A stretch of 64,000 nucleotides of DNA from Octopus vulgaris (Eukaryota), in contig OX597822.1 in the NCBI GenBank assembly GCA_951406725.2, forward strand, positions 112,840,001-112,904,000, given 5' to 3'. Of the stretch, positions 12,523 through 27,400 are shown one piece after another. Numbering within the stretch: position 1 is the stretch's first letter; the number at the start of each line of letters is the position of its first letter. The translations under genes and the position numbers were made by a program. The notes beneath the pieces were generated by a model that did not search any database, had not been told where the DNA came from, and saw only the letters and a list, made by a program, of their open reading frames with translations.

Positions 12523-15039
12523 GTATATATGTATATATATATAAATGGAACAAGAATGTAATAGGCGACAACAAAACATTCGGACACACACACACACACA
12601 TACATACAGACACACACGCACACACACATATGTATGTATACATACATACGATAGTAATGAAGAGTGAGGAAGAGTGACCAAAACCGCATTGATGGATAGA
12701 AATTCTTTATTTGTGAGTTATAAAGGCAACCAATGGTTTCATGTGAAAACGAACCTCTTGGGAATGTTGAAACTAATTTCCATTTGGGATGAGGATACAC
12801 GAGGTCATGTCAGATTATACGGTATTTCGAAATAAGTACACAGGTTGGGTAACTTATGACAATATCGTAATTGTTATCTCCCTTTCATTGAGATAACAAT
12901 TACGGATTTTTGCAGTCATAGATATAATAGCTTTCTATATCACTACCAAGAATTTCTTGAAAATTATAAGAACTCTCCAAACACATTTATAAAACAGATA
13001 AAACAAAATACGGAGTTTATGAGGTGGATAACCGCACACATAGTAAACTGAAAATCAATAGTATAACTAAAACATATAAAGAAAACGAACCCTTTGACTT
13101 ACACCTTAATCAACGACTCATATCAGGTAAACCATTTGAACCACTGAAGGACCATAATGACAATTTCACGCAGAATCCTAGCTGAATAATCTGAATAAAT
13201 CGCACCGACAGAAACAGGCATTATTAGCAAATATATACTAGATAATATCATACAGAGCTTCCTCAGACTTTACTCAATGGCTGCTCTGCTACATGTCCAT
13301 TGAGAAAATTAAAGTTTATCCCAAATGCAAATTTATCCAGTTCGACACCGTGGAGTTTTATCCTCGATCTCTAATAAATAACCTTCCGAAAAGGCCTTCA
13401 AATAAAATAAAGCATATACAAACATCACTAACACCGATATAGCCATTATAATGAACTCAAAGAAGCCATGATAATACCGATTGGGTGAAAAGGATGTTGC
13501 TATGGGAATGATAGCAAATCAAGTTAGACTTTATATTTTACTTACGCTTAACAACGAAACAGAAGTCAGCATAGGGTAATATAGGGACGATGGTCTAAAT
13601 TATTTTTTAAATAAAAAATGAAATTTTTAAATAAAAAATGAAATTTTTAAAATAAAAAATGATATTTTTTGCTCAGTTTTTTTTGTAGTATGGCCTTTTA
13701 AAGTCCATTTTTGAACAAATTATTTTAATAGCAAGATTATTTAATAAAATATTTAATTTTTTTCATTTTGTCTCTATGAGCAGTACTGAAACATGTATAG
13801 GGCTGTTCAGAAAAAGCAAATGACAAAAATTCAAAGATTTTAACAATTTTCACTATTTTCAAATTTTCAGATATGGAGTTAATGATTTTCATGCTAAAAA
13901 TGACTTTATTTATAATTTATTTATTAATTTTATTGTAAATAGAATGTGATTATTTGTGACTTTGCCTCTATGAGCAATACTGAAGTCTGTAGCAAGGCTG
14001 TTCAGAAAAGGCAAATGCTACTCGTAATTATATTCTATTCAATATTAATTTAATTTAATTAAAATAAAGTCATTTTATTAAATCTCTATCCTCATTTGCT
14101 TTTCATTATTTTAAAAATTCTTTAAATATATTCATTTGTAACGTTGTCTCTGTACAGTACCAAAATTACAGTACGTACTTTGTACGTACTTTGTCCAGAA
14201 AAGGCAAAGTTGCAATGATAATCGTTTATTTTTAATTTAATTTCTAAATGAGAATTAGTCAAATGAAAGAAAATCACCATTGACATAGCTGCCAATCGGT
14301 ATATTAGTCTATTGTTGGATGCCTTAATGGCCATAAATGTGCTGGTGTTCTCTTTTCTGTTTTTCGTTTATTTTTCTTGGTAATTTTTGACCACCCCTCC
14401 TCTTTTTCCTTTTCCTCGCAACTTGTTGCTTCTGTTGTTTCTGTTGTTTTCTTTAAGTTGCCTGGTGATGTTTCTGGTTTTTCATTCTCTGTTTCTGGTG
14501 GTGCTGCTTCTTGTGGTTTTGGTTGGCACTCTGCTCTTACGTGCCCCCTTTTCCCACAGTTGAAGCACCTTGGCTTCTTGCCTTCTACGAAAACTATGAC
14601 CTTCTCCTCTTTGTTTTTTTACGTTTCTGGAATTTCTTCCAATGTTTGTATCTCTGCTTGGATCGCCATTGATATGCATTGGCCTTTCCAATGCCCCTCC
14701 TCCTCCACTGTAGCCTGGAGGATATTGATTTTATCCTCCAGTCCTAACATGACTGCCGCCACCAGGCATGTGGCGTCTACCTCAAGAGGAATGTTGTTAA
14801 TTTTGATTTTCGAGGTCCTTCTTCCTCTGTAAAGTGGGAGAAGGACTATATCATCCGCTTTTAATGGTTCTGTTGATAGTTTCTTTGCTATCTCTTCCGT
14901 CCTGAACCTCACCTCCACCGTTCCGAATCTTTTTTTCCTCGATTCAGGTATGTAATTTCCTGCCAGATCGGTTTTAAACAACTCTCAATCTTTTTTTCTT
15001 CCACTTTTTGTATGGATTTTTTGGTTATGTTGTAGGTCT

Positions 15040-15105
<66 letters not shown>

Positions 15106-18100
15106 TGTGCACAGTGCTCAGGTGCACTACAACTCATCTAAAGTGTATATATAATCAGGTGTAGTTTCGGCGGATTTCGGAAAGCATGAGGGCCTTAAAG
15201 GATGCAGTGTCATGGCAGTCAACAACTGACGCAGGCAGTTTATTCCATGCTTCAGCAACTCTGAGCGTGAAAAAATGTTTCCGAAAGTCATGGGAGCTGT
15301 GTTGTTTTCTGACTTTGTAGGCATGTCCACGTGTGTTAGACACATGGAGATCAAAAAGGTGTTCAGTGTTGTTGTTGGTGAGGTGGTTGATAACTTTGTG
15401 GGTGTTTACCAAGTCCGTCGCCAGACGTCGGAGCTTCAGTGAATCCATGCCCAGGGAAACAAGGCGCTCAGAATATGGTAGGTGTCTGATGGAGGGTATG
15501 CGTTTGGTTGCACGTCTCTGGACAGATTCCAGGAGGTCAATGTTCTGAGCAAGATAGGGGTTCCAAACTGATGATGCGAATTCCAAGTGTGGTCGTACCA
15601 TAGCTGTATACAGTTTTAAATAGATGGCTGGAGAGCGGCTAACAAAAGTCTTGCTGAGTGATGCCAAGACACCCTCGGCCTTCTTGACAATTTTAGAGAT
15701 ATGCTTTGTCCAACGCAAATCCCTGCTGACAGTGATGCCTAGGTCACGCTCGCAAGAGGATTTCTTGATATCAGTGTTGTGGAGGGAGTATGTGGACGCA
15801 GGGTTTTTTCTCCAAAAATGCATGGTGGTACACTTGTCCACAGCCAGTTTCAGTTGCCAGTCTGTGATCCATTGCTGCATTGTGTCTAGGTCTGATTGCA
15901 GGAAAGAGTTATAGACATCAGGATCTGTCCTCTTGATTTCAAGGTACAGCTTGATGTCGTCTGCATATTTCCATACTGTGGCATTCTTTAAATTGGCATC
16001 TATGTCATTAATGTATGCCACAAACAAGAGGGGACCAAGGACAAATTATTCTTTTTTTTTCGACTTCCTCGTTTGTGTTGACGTTCGGAGTTACTATCAC
16101 TTCTGTTCCTTCCTTCTTTAAACTTGTTGTGTATTTTTCTAAGTTACTTCTTTCCGTGTTTATTTTCTTTAGTTTCTTGCCCGCAACTTCCGAAATGTCA
16201 AAATTTGAATGAAATTGGTTGTGTAGTTCTCAAGTTTTAGGGAAACACACAGACAATAACACTGGAATTTTAGAATATGCGCATAAAAATCAGTAGAATG
16301 TGATACATGTGGCGCGATCACAATTCTTTTAGGGTGTGTAAAGAGGGAAATACCCCTCATCTGCAATTTTGATGAAATTCGAAGCATAGATATTCCAGTT
16401 CATTACAGAAAATATATAACAGAAAAGTCTAATTCTTCAATTGAATGTAACCGGGCAACGCCGGGCTTCTCTGCTAGTTTAGCTATAAATTATAAATCAG
16501 CATGGAGGGTAAGGATGCAGAAAAGTATCAACCTGCTGGAAATAAGAGTTAAATTATAATTTATAGCTAAATGATACTGCTTGCCTGCGAACCACCTATG
16601 TTACTACTGATGGTACCATCAAGTTAAAGTTTTTTCCACAGATGAAAATAACAGTAGTGACATCTTATTTCAAAACTTAGTGTTTGAATGTTTTATTTAT
16701 AAATATTTCTGCACCATGTGCTGTGTTTTTGGCGCAGAACAAAACCAGTACACTAACGGAATATAACGTGGCGGTCTTGAATTTTTACTAGGTGGTCTGC
16801 ACTGTTGAGGCTCAAGGATTAAATTTCCAAAAGCCGAAACTAGGGTATGGAGTTGTCCTAAATGGCATAATCTTTCATAGTTGTGCTTTTGAATGTATTA
16901 ATTCTTTCCGTTTCCTCGCCTACTGTTACTTCTTTGTTATTTTGGTGCTTTACGGTGGTTTAATAAAGACTTTAACTCTTATTTCCAGCAGGTTGATGCT
17001 TTTTTGCATCCTTACTCCAGGATCGCTTTCTCAGAACATTTTGGTAGATATGCCATTTCTCACCACCTGTCTCAATTTGCTTTAAAAAAGGCGCGTTTTC
17101 ATTCCGTTTGTAAAGCGAATCACAGACAGAAATGCGATCCAAAAGGTTCTTCTCACTCAACTCATTTGGTACCCAAACATCGTAGCGATTTGTGCACCCA
17201 AGCTTTACCAGGTGCTCATGAACGACGGATTTTGATAGGTTGAGGCTTTCTGCCAATTCTCGGGTTGTCCAATGTGGGTTATTCTCAATTAATGAGTTGA
17301 TTTGGTCATCAACTGTAGTGGATGGTCTGCCTGATCGCTCTTTATCAATAAGGCTACAGTCTCCAGCTCGGAACCTTGCGAAACACTTCCGCACAGTTCT
17401 TTCGGATAAAGAAACATCACCATAAACTGTGCATATTTCTTTGGTTGCTTGTGAGGCATTTTTTTCCTTTACGGAAAAAGAAAAGCATCAAGTGTTTAAA
17501 ATGAACTTTCTTATCTTCCATTTTAAAGGGTTACAGAATTAACACAGGTTATAGGAACATGAACTTTCTTCCACGAAATGATAGCTTAAACTGTGCTCTA
17601 AATGGAGGTATAGTCAAATCCTATTTTATGGACTCAAACGTGTTCTAAAATAAGTCGAAAGGTAAGCTACTGTAAATCGGCACGAACTTTCCGGATAACC
17701 CAATATAAGTAACTGGATTGCATTTATGTTAATAGACTATTACTGTCGGAAGAATCTTTGCAATTCCCAATTGTTTCAATTTATGTTTCTTCTTTTTAAT
17801 AACACGCATAATTCGACTTATTTGTTCTATTTAGGAAAAGGCGGTGCCGGAGTCAGCATCAATGTTGAAGAACTGACAGCTTCTGAGAAAGAAAAATTTG
17901 ATCTCGGCTTGCAGCGAAACCAATTTAATCAATACGTAAGTGATATAATTCCCCTGAACAGAGATGTCGGAGAAGTTCGGGAACGAGGGTAAGTCGAGAA
18001 ATCATATCAAATTTATTGTAATTTAGGTATTTGAAGAAATTATTTGAAATATCGCGTGCAACGTTTCATGAGGTCAAAAATTATATTTAACCATACAGTG

Positions 18101-18260
18101 TATCCTACAAATTTCATAATCATTCACATGCAAACGTATAATATGTATGTATAAATACGTATAAGGATTTACATATATGCACATACACGTGCATATATCT
18201 TTATATATGTGTGTGTATGTGTGTGTGTACGTATGTATTATGCATGTATGTATGTATATA

Positions 18261-18334
<74 letters not shown>

Positions 18335-20800
18335 CAAAGTGGAGTTGTAAGGTACCGCAAGAGCGGAATTATATACGAAAGAAGGTTTGAAAATGCAATT
18401 TTAAAAGATGTTTATTTACTTTACTGGTTTCACTCTTTAGAAAAAAAGATTGTCAAAAGTAACATGTAAAAGTTTGGTTGTGTTAATTATTGGTTGTCAT
18501 AATATGTATTGTAGCATTTTGTGACAACCAATAATTAACACAACCAAACTTTTTCTAAAGAGTGAAACCGATAAAGTAAATAAACATCTTTTAAAATTGC
18601 ATTTTCAAACCTTCTTTCATATATATATATATATATATCAAAACAAGAAACTGGAAAAAAATTTTGGTATCATTTATTCATCATTAGACGTGTTTCATTT
18701 GCTAATAGAAATTTCAAAATGGTACATATAAGGGAAACACGTAAGACATCTTGTATTAAAAATCCTTCTGCCCGGGTATCAAATAATATTATCTAATCAT
18801 AGGAGTCACAAATCCGTACATGTAGAAGAAACGTAGGACCTCTATTAGAAATTCTTCAGAGAAACAATGAAATAATATCATTTGATTCCCTGTCTAAAGT
18901 ATTTCGTAGAGGAGATTTTTTTCCTACATATACTATTTTGTAATCCTTCTTAGCAATTGAAATACGTCTAATGGTAAGTAAATAATACCAAAACAATTTT
19001 CAATCACCTGCTTTGATATGTAATTGCTGTGCAGAAAATATTCATATTTTCCAGAACTTTCAACTCATGTATATTTCACAACGGCATGCATATATAACAT
19101 CTACATACGACTTTGGGATAAATAGATGTGCTTCAAAAGGTCACAACTTGGATTATAACCCTATCTGCATATTATATATGTATGTATGCGTGTGTGTGTA
19201 TGTCTGCATGTATGTATGTCTATATGTATGTACGTACGTACGTACGTACGTATACACACACACACATATCCAAATTGAGGGAATGGGACAGATAAAATCC
19301 AAGCTATATATGTTTCCTAGCTAGCAGAAGCTCGGAAGTAATTTTTTTAAAATACCGAAGGGCCAGGAAGGTTCACCTGAGTAAAATAAGAATCAAAGGT
19401 GTCCAATAGATAAAGAAAATGCTTGAAAACCGCTGATGTATATAATAGGGAAGAGACGGGAATTTTGCTCAGATTGCAGCTGACTAGAGGAAGGTCTTTG
19501 TGAATATAAGCCTGGGGTCATTTACTTTGTCAAATGTAAATAAATAAATAAAAATATTTTCGCACCCATGTATATTCATTTCAACAGAATCAAAGAAAAT
19601 AAAAGGAAAGAATTTTATAGATAAAAATGGTCAGGATGAGAAGAGAAAGAGAAAATTTAGGAGTGGTAGTAAGGTGAATTTGTTAGAAGAGAAGGAGGTG
19701 GAAGATAAAGCTTCTGGTCAATAGGGGAACATATGTAAAAGATAAAATATATATAAATATAATAAAAAGAATACAAAATGGGACAAGAGCGCAAAACATC
19801 CGGACAGTTAGGTGATACAAAAAATGGGACAACAAAACATCCAGATAGACGATACAAAGAAAACAAGGACGGGTCATTCGAAGTTTTCTTTCCTCAGTCA
19901 AGTACCAGATTATCTTCGCAATTTCAGCTGATTATACTTGAGATTGCTCCAATCTGGCCAGCACCAAGGAAAAACTAAGCTAAGAGCATTAGATTCCTTG
20001 GAAGAAGGCAGCGAATGTATACAAAAACAAGGACGAAAAATATCGGACCATGTTACACAAATACAATAAAAATAACAGGACATAACAACAGAAGTCTTTC
20101 TACTAAGGACGAATTAAATTAAGCTGGCGTGTGTGGAAATGAAGCCTTACGGCAGGGATACAAGATTTCACAAACACAGGGAGGAATATCGATGTTGCAC
20201 GGACAACGGCCAGACCAAGAAAGAAAGAACAGGTTTGGCCGAAAGCCGGTCACGTGGGAAGAGAAGAGAGAGAAGTAGAAGCAGAGGGACGGAAGAATTA
20301 AAGAGGGGCGAAGAGAAGGCAAAGAAATGTGAGAGAGGGGGAACGAAAGAACGAAGAGGGGAATGAACGAATAATCGTGAAAGGGCTGATAGACAGAAAT
20401 AGAGAAATATAGACAGACAGAGATATACTGAATGTTTTCCTTGAGTAGCTTCTCGACAATGGAGTCCTTAACATTCATATTTAGCAATAAAGTTGTCAGT
20501 ACTCGTATATAGCTTCTCCGATTTCTTTGAATCTGATCAGAAATAGGCAACTGAGGGTTTCTTAATCATATACTCTCTCTTTTACTCTTTTACTTGTTTC
20601 AGTCATTTGACTGCGGCCATGCTGGAGCACCGCCTTTAGTCGAGCAAATCGACCCCGGGACTTATTCTTTGTAAGCCCAGTACTTATTCTATCGGTCTCT
20701 TTTGCCGAACCGCAAAGTGACGGGGACGTAAACACACCAGCATCGGTTGTCAAGCAATGCTAGGGGGACAAATACAGACACACAAACATATACACACACA

Positions 20801-20838
<38 letters not shown>

Positions 20839-21399
20839 TATATATACATATATACGACGGGCTTCTTTCAGTTTCCGTCTACCGAATCCACTCACAAGGC
20901 ATTGGTCGGCCCGGGGCTATAGCAGAAGACACTTGCCCAAGATGCCACGCAGCTGGACTGAACCCGGAACCATGTGGTTGGTTAGCAAGAAACACAGTGT
21001 ATGAAGTATGTGTGGAAGGAGAAAAGCAGGGAAGATATACGAAATCATTTCACAAACAGTAGTTTTTTCATTTTTCGGTCATACTTTGTTAGTTGACTCG
21101 AGAACAAGAGAGACAGAAGCGAAAAAGAGTGTGCTTGTGTAAGTAAAAAAGTGTGTAAACGTGAAAGAAAAGCGAGAAAGATAGTGATACAGATTGGAAG
21201 ACTAGAATATATATATATATACTTTATTATTATAGCTGCGAAAACATAAAAAAATATTACAAAAATTGCTACTCTGAGTTTCACGTTCCCGTTCATCGGA
21301 CAGTAGTGTTTAAGAATTCTTAATCACAACTGTCCGACGAAGGGGAACGTGAAACTCTGAGCAGCAGTTTCTTGTGATATTTTTGTGATGATTTTGCAG

Positions 21400-21444
<45 letters not shown>

Positions 21445-24396
21445 ATCCTTAATCCTTAAAAATGTTTTAGCCCGAAGGCCGCGGACATGCTGGGGCACCA
21501 CCGCTGAATGAGCTACACTAATATGTGAATCCACCTCTGATACGTGGCACTGTGTCTCCTGTCGTGAGGTAGGTTCATCTGGGACCCCTGACAAGAAGAG
21601 ATCCAGTTTAGTTTTAAAGAAACCCACATCCACACCATGCAAGTCTCTCAGGCATTTAGGGAAGATGTCAAAGGGCTGTGGTCCTCTGAAACCCAAGCTG
21701 TTGCAGTATCTGGTCCTGTATTTTGATGGTGATGTTGGAATCTTGGAATATATATATGCGCGCGCGCGCGCGTGTGTGTGAATATTTGCATATGAGGGTT
21801 TAATGTATTCAGTTTCAGTTTTTATTCTTATTCATTACGTTAACAATTCAATTTCTTCAGATGTGACCGAGTGACTTATCCCAGTAACCTACCTAGCACT
21901 ACAGTAATAATTTGCTTCCACAACGAAGCTTGGTCTACATTGCTGCGTACCGTTCACAGTGTTCTTAGACACACTTCATTAGAATTGCTATCAAGTATCA
22001 TATTAGTTGATGACGCCTCTACTTTCCGTAAGTATTTTCGTATTCCAGTGCATTTCTTTTTTATTTTTTATTGGTTTGAATGAGGACATGTATCCCAGCT
22101 TCGTAAAGATCAAACTCAGCTGGCTGATGACTTAGCCAGTTCCTTTCAGCAATTTTCACTTCTTTATCACCACCACAGTGTTTGCCTCTCAGTGTCTCTT
22201 TCAATGGACCAAAGGGATAGAAATCTTAGAACGCTAAGTCAGGTTGGTAGGGAAGATGCAAGAGACCAATCGGTTTCGCACTGGGTCTTAAACTAGATTT
22301 TAGATAACAGTATGGTTAGAAGACTTGCGGAATTTCTGTCTGAAATTCCGTTAGTCTTCTAGCTTCTTCCATTGTAAACTTCTAGTAGATGTCTGCAGAC
22401 TTAAATCTTCTGATAGGACCCTACATCTTCTGATAAGACTAAAAATTTATATAGAGTAGGTAACGATACATGCGCACAGCTACTTAACAATCTGACACAG
22501 ACTTACTAGAAGGAAACCCCTCAAGCCCCTGAAACCATTAACTGTTAGACCAAAGAGGTATAGAGAATAGGGTAGAGACACCATCGAAGAAAGAAGCTAT
22601 TATCATGATCAAAGGACATAAACCAAACTTTACTTTTAACTCAAAATGACATCTTATCAGGTGAATTATTACTTTTCCGTACGAATATGTTCAGGAAAAT
22701 TTTTAATAGGTACACCTGAAGAATTTGTTGCGCACCTAGTTTAAAAAGATATTAGCTGGTATACCCACGCCTGAGACAGCAGCAGTATGTTTATGCAGAG
22801 GTAACACCAAATGTATCTTTAATGGCCACTGTAACACGGCAACAGTGCCAAATGAAGCAGAGGTAATATTAAAAGGCTCAATTTGATAACCAAACGTGCG
22901 AAATTATGCGAGAGTGACAGAAGGTTCCTTCAATACTTTACTGAATAACCATAAATTCTCCTTAAATATCTCGGAGAGATGAAATGCCACAGCCCTGGCC
23001 AGGCACGTATGGTCGTAAAAGGAAGAAAAATATCTTAGAGAAATTCAAGCCCATGTTAGGGCATATATGTCTGTGAGTTCGTCTGTTCATTGTTTGAACT
23101 CTTTGCTGGCTTCTCAGGGTTCGGGGGTGAAAGAGCCGGAGGGGAAGAACTGGTGATTATAGTAATGATGGAGCCCGAAGGCAAGATAAAATATACCAGC
23201 TTTCATGTGGATGAGGGTTAAAAACCTGACTTCTGCAGTTTTGGTGGGTATCTGGGTGCTGAGAGCTTTTTAATATTCTTTTCTCGGCTAAATGTAATCA
23301 GCATTTAATTGCAACAGAAAATGCTGATTATGTTTAGCCGAGAAAAGAATCATAAAATTCACACCACCCAAACATCTACCTAAACAGCAGAAGTGAACGT
23401 TTTAGTCCTTGCCCACACGAAAGCAGATATATTTTACCGTGCTTACAGGTCAATCATTACTATAATCAGTTCTCCACCTTCGCTCTTTCTTCCCAACGCC
23501 AAATCCTGAGAACCCAGCAAAGAGTTTAACCAATGCGTAAACGAACACACAAACATATGCGCTCTAACATGAGCTTAAGCGTTCGAATACACTCCCCGCC
23601 ACCGAAAAAATCTTACACACACGATATCCTTACTCGAATAACAACTACTAAACTGTACACACATTTTCAGAAAACTCCACAGGGTTAAGGGACATAACTC
23701 TTTAGATAACTCTTGTTCAGGTCGTTCCTAGTTTTTATAGCACTTACAAGCCGGGTGTGTTATTTCACCTCCATTAACGGAGAGCAGTCGCCACGCACTA
23801 TACATAGTAACAATCTAGTCATATTTGGGTGGACGGCTCTATGACCACTTGAAACTATACAAGTTGCTCTGTTTTCTGGAGTCTTCTCAAAGATAAAACC
23901 TGCAGTGTAAGCCCTTAACTTACTTTTCCCGCAGCGACGATAAATTTGCATATAATTATAAATTTGCATATAATTATAATGATGGAGAAAACACGGCGTA
24001 ATTCATTATTAATTACATGCATTGTTAATTATATGCATATTCGTAAGATATTCTTTTACTGTTTTATTTGTTTCAGTCATTTGACTGTGCTGCCATGCTG
24101 GGGCACCGCCTTTAACCAATCGAGCAAATCGACCCCAGGACTTATTCTTTGTAAGCCTAGTACTTATTCTATAGGTCTCTTTTGCCGAACCGCTAAGTTA
24201 CGGGGACGTAAACACATCAGCATCGGTTGTCAAGTGATGTTGGGGGAACAAACACAGACATACATAAATACATAGATACATATATATATTTGTGAAATAG
24301 AAAGATGAATAATCTTGTAGCAGATTAATCAAAACGTGTAGAATGCAATAAAACGATTTCTGTTCAATTTTCGTTCAACTCCATTTCTTCAATTCA

Positions 24397-24447
<51 letters not shown>

Positions 24448-27400
24448 GACGGGCTTCTTTCAGTTTCCGTCTATCGAATCCACTCACAAGGTCTTGGTCG
24501 GCCCGAGGCTATAGCAGAAGGCACTTGCCCAAGGTGCTACGCAGGGGGACTGAACATGGAACTATGTGGTTGGTGAGCAAGTTACTTACCACACAGCCAC
24601 TCCTACGCCTATATATGTATATAAATTTATATTGTTTTGTGTTTTACTTATTAGTGTACGTGTGTGTGTTAGCATTTCAAAATCCACACCGAATTGTGTG
24701 TATGAATGAATGAAGAAGAATATTAACAGCGTTTTTATAATCTTTATATGTGTAACTTTTGTTTTTATCTTTCAGAATTCCTCAAAAGTCCGTTGGAGGA
24801 ATATATGAGACGGCTACCAAAAGTGCGCATAATCAGAAGTACAACACGACTAGGTTTAATTCGAGCGAGGCTATTCGGGGTAAATGAATCCAGGAGCGAA
24901 ATAATTACGTTCCTAGATTCACACTGCGAATGTGCGGCAGGTATCAATAATAATTTCTGTTTATCTATAAGTTAAAATCAATTTTGTTACGGAGGTGGTA
25001 TTGTAGAGTAGACCAAATACATTACTGAAAATTATTGAATTGTTGTCGAATATTCAATATTGATTTCCATTCAGGACAAAAAGCCATATATTTGTATTGT
25101 AAGAACTTCAGAATCTCAGACATCCAGCTAATCTCTGTATACACAGAAGACAAATTTTGACATTAGTTGTATAACCTATATCACTAATTAGACGGAGTAA
25201 CCAACTTGTTAAATTAACTCAGTTTCTAACTCCAGCACATGACATTGCTCTCATAAATGGATATCGGCAATGATATCTGGGAATTTACTTGAAGCAGAAC
25301 TTAAAAATGCTTCCTTTCATAATTTGTATATATCTATTTTATCATAAATGCAAAATAATACCACACATAGACAGACACAGACATAGACAGACACAGACAT
25401 AGACAGACACAGACATAGACAGACACAGACATAGACAGACACAGACATAGACAGACACAGACATAGACACACACACACACACACATATGTCGGAGGTGGT
25501 GTCAAAAGATTTCGGGACTAGTTATGTTTAATAAAAATTAACTTATTTACCTAAATTTCAACATCATCTCCCTCGTATAGCTACCCTGCACAGCAATACA
25601 CCGGTCACAGCGTTCCTCTCATTTTTGGAATCCGGCCAGGAATTCATTTTCCGTAATCGAATCGAGGACCTGCTACGATTCGCTCTTGATCTCAACAACG
25701 GTGTTAAAACAGCGACCTTTGAGCAGTATTTTCATCTTGATGAAGAGATGGAAATCCGCAGGTGCTAAATCTAGTGAATAGAGCGGGTGCAGAAGAGATG
25801 CTATGTTGTTTTGAGCGAGAAACTCAAGACCGAGGAGTGCTTGGTGATAGGGTATATTGTCATCGTGAAAAATCCAACACTTCATGTTCCACAGATCCGG
25901 TCGCTTTCGCCGAATGTCCTCCCTCAAAACGCTTCTAAACGTCACAGCAGAACTCTTGATTAAGGGTCTGGCTCTGTGGGATGAATTCCCGATGCACAAT
26001 ATCACACTTCTGGGGGTGACGCACGCGGCAGGTCTTCTAGATCGCTCATCATCTTCCAAGGATGCTCTTCTGGTTTTGAAGTGCCCATGCCACTCGAAAC
26101 ATTGCATGCGAGCCATTACTTCATTGCCGTAAGCTTGCAGAAACATGTTCAATGTCTCTGTAGCAAACTTCCCAAGTTTAAGGCAAAATTTCACGCTGGC
26201 TCCGTGTTCCTGTCCACGACAAAATCGTAGACTACAGCATACGTGATCACAAAAGCACAAATTTGACAACTTGCAAAGTAAACACAGCAATGTCACTCAG
26301 CACACTGCCCCATGAAGGTCACTGCTGGCAACCGTGTACTGCCATCTGTTGACGCGATACAGAACCAGTCCGGGGAACGTTTTGATACCACCTCGTTTGT
26401 ATCTTGGCGCAGGTATGAGTGTATGATTAAGAAGTTGACTTCCCAATCAAATGGCTGTAGGTTCTATACCACTACTCGGCGTCTTGGACTATATTCTACG
26501 TGAATTTTATTAATGAAATTTCCTTAGATCCCGTATATAATGATATGTGTGTGGAAGTACTCACGTATGTATGCATGCGTCTGTGTTTTTTTATTGTGTG
26601 GAACCAGTGTTGTTTAAGTTTGCGTCACCTATAAAACTCCCTGTTATTTAGATTGGAGTATATAACTTTTATTAAAGGAGAGCGAAGTCTACGCTAGTTA
26701 ATTCTTATAAAATCTGATTTTAATATAATTTTATCAAAATGTGGTTTTCAAATTTTATTGTTGAAAATTTCAACTTCATACTTCCCTTACAAAATTTATT
26801 TCTAATCACTACGACACGACATAGTCATCTTAAGCTGCAAAATATCCCTTTTTAATGGGATTTGTTTATACAGTAATCCCTCGACTATCGCAAGGGTTGC
26901 GTTCCAAAACCACCTGCGATATGTGAAATTCCGCGAAGTAGAAACAGTATTGTACTGAAAATAGTTTTATCATTTTTATAATTTTTATATATTTATTTTA
27001 TTATAAATGTAAAGCAACAACATATACTCGCCTCCCGAGTTTCGTTTCCCATACAGTATGTGTGATTCTTTGTTTATTCATCTACGGTACACTACGTATT
27101 TTCTTTTAATATATTTTAATTAATGTGCAGTACTGTACTGTACTTTTATTTATCAACTTTTAGGCGAGAAAATGCTTATTTCCCAACAGAAATAATTAAA
27201 TAAAATATAAATACCTATCGGCTTCCGAAACCCGCGATATACTGAGGAGTCCGCGATATAAATTTACATATATTAGCCAGAAAAATCTGCTATGTACTGA
27301 GTGTGCAATAGGTAAACCGCGATATGGCGTGGGATTACTGTAAATCTGTAAATATAAAGGTTACCCAAATATTTGCAGCGCTGCTTACTAGAGACATATC

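Noticed and set aside
14377-14832. 151-aa + strand ORF
   Set aside because: Antisense shadow of the zinc-knuckle ORF1.
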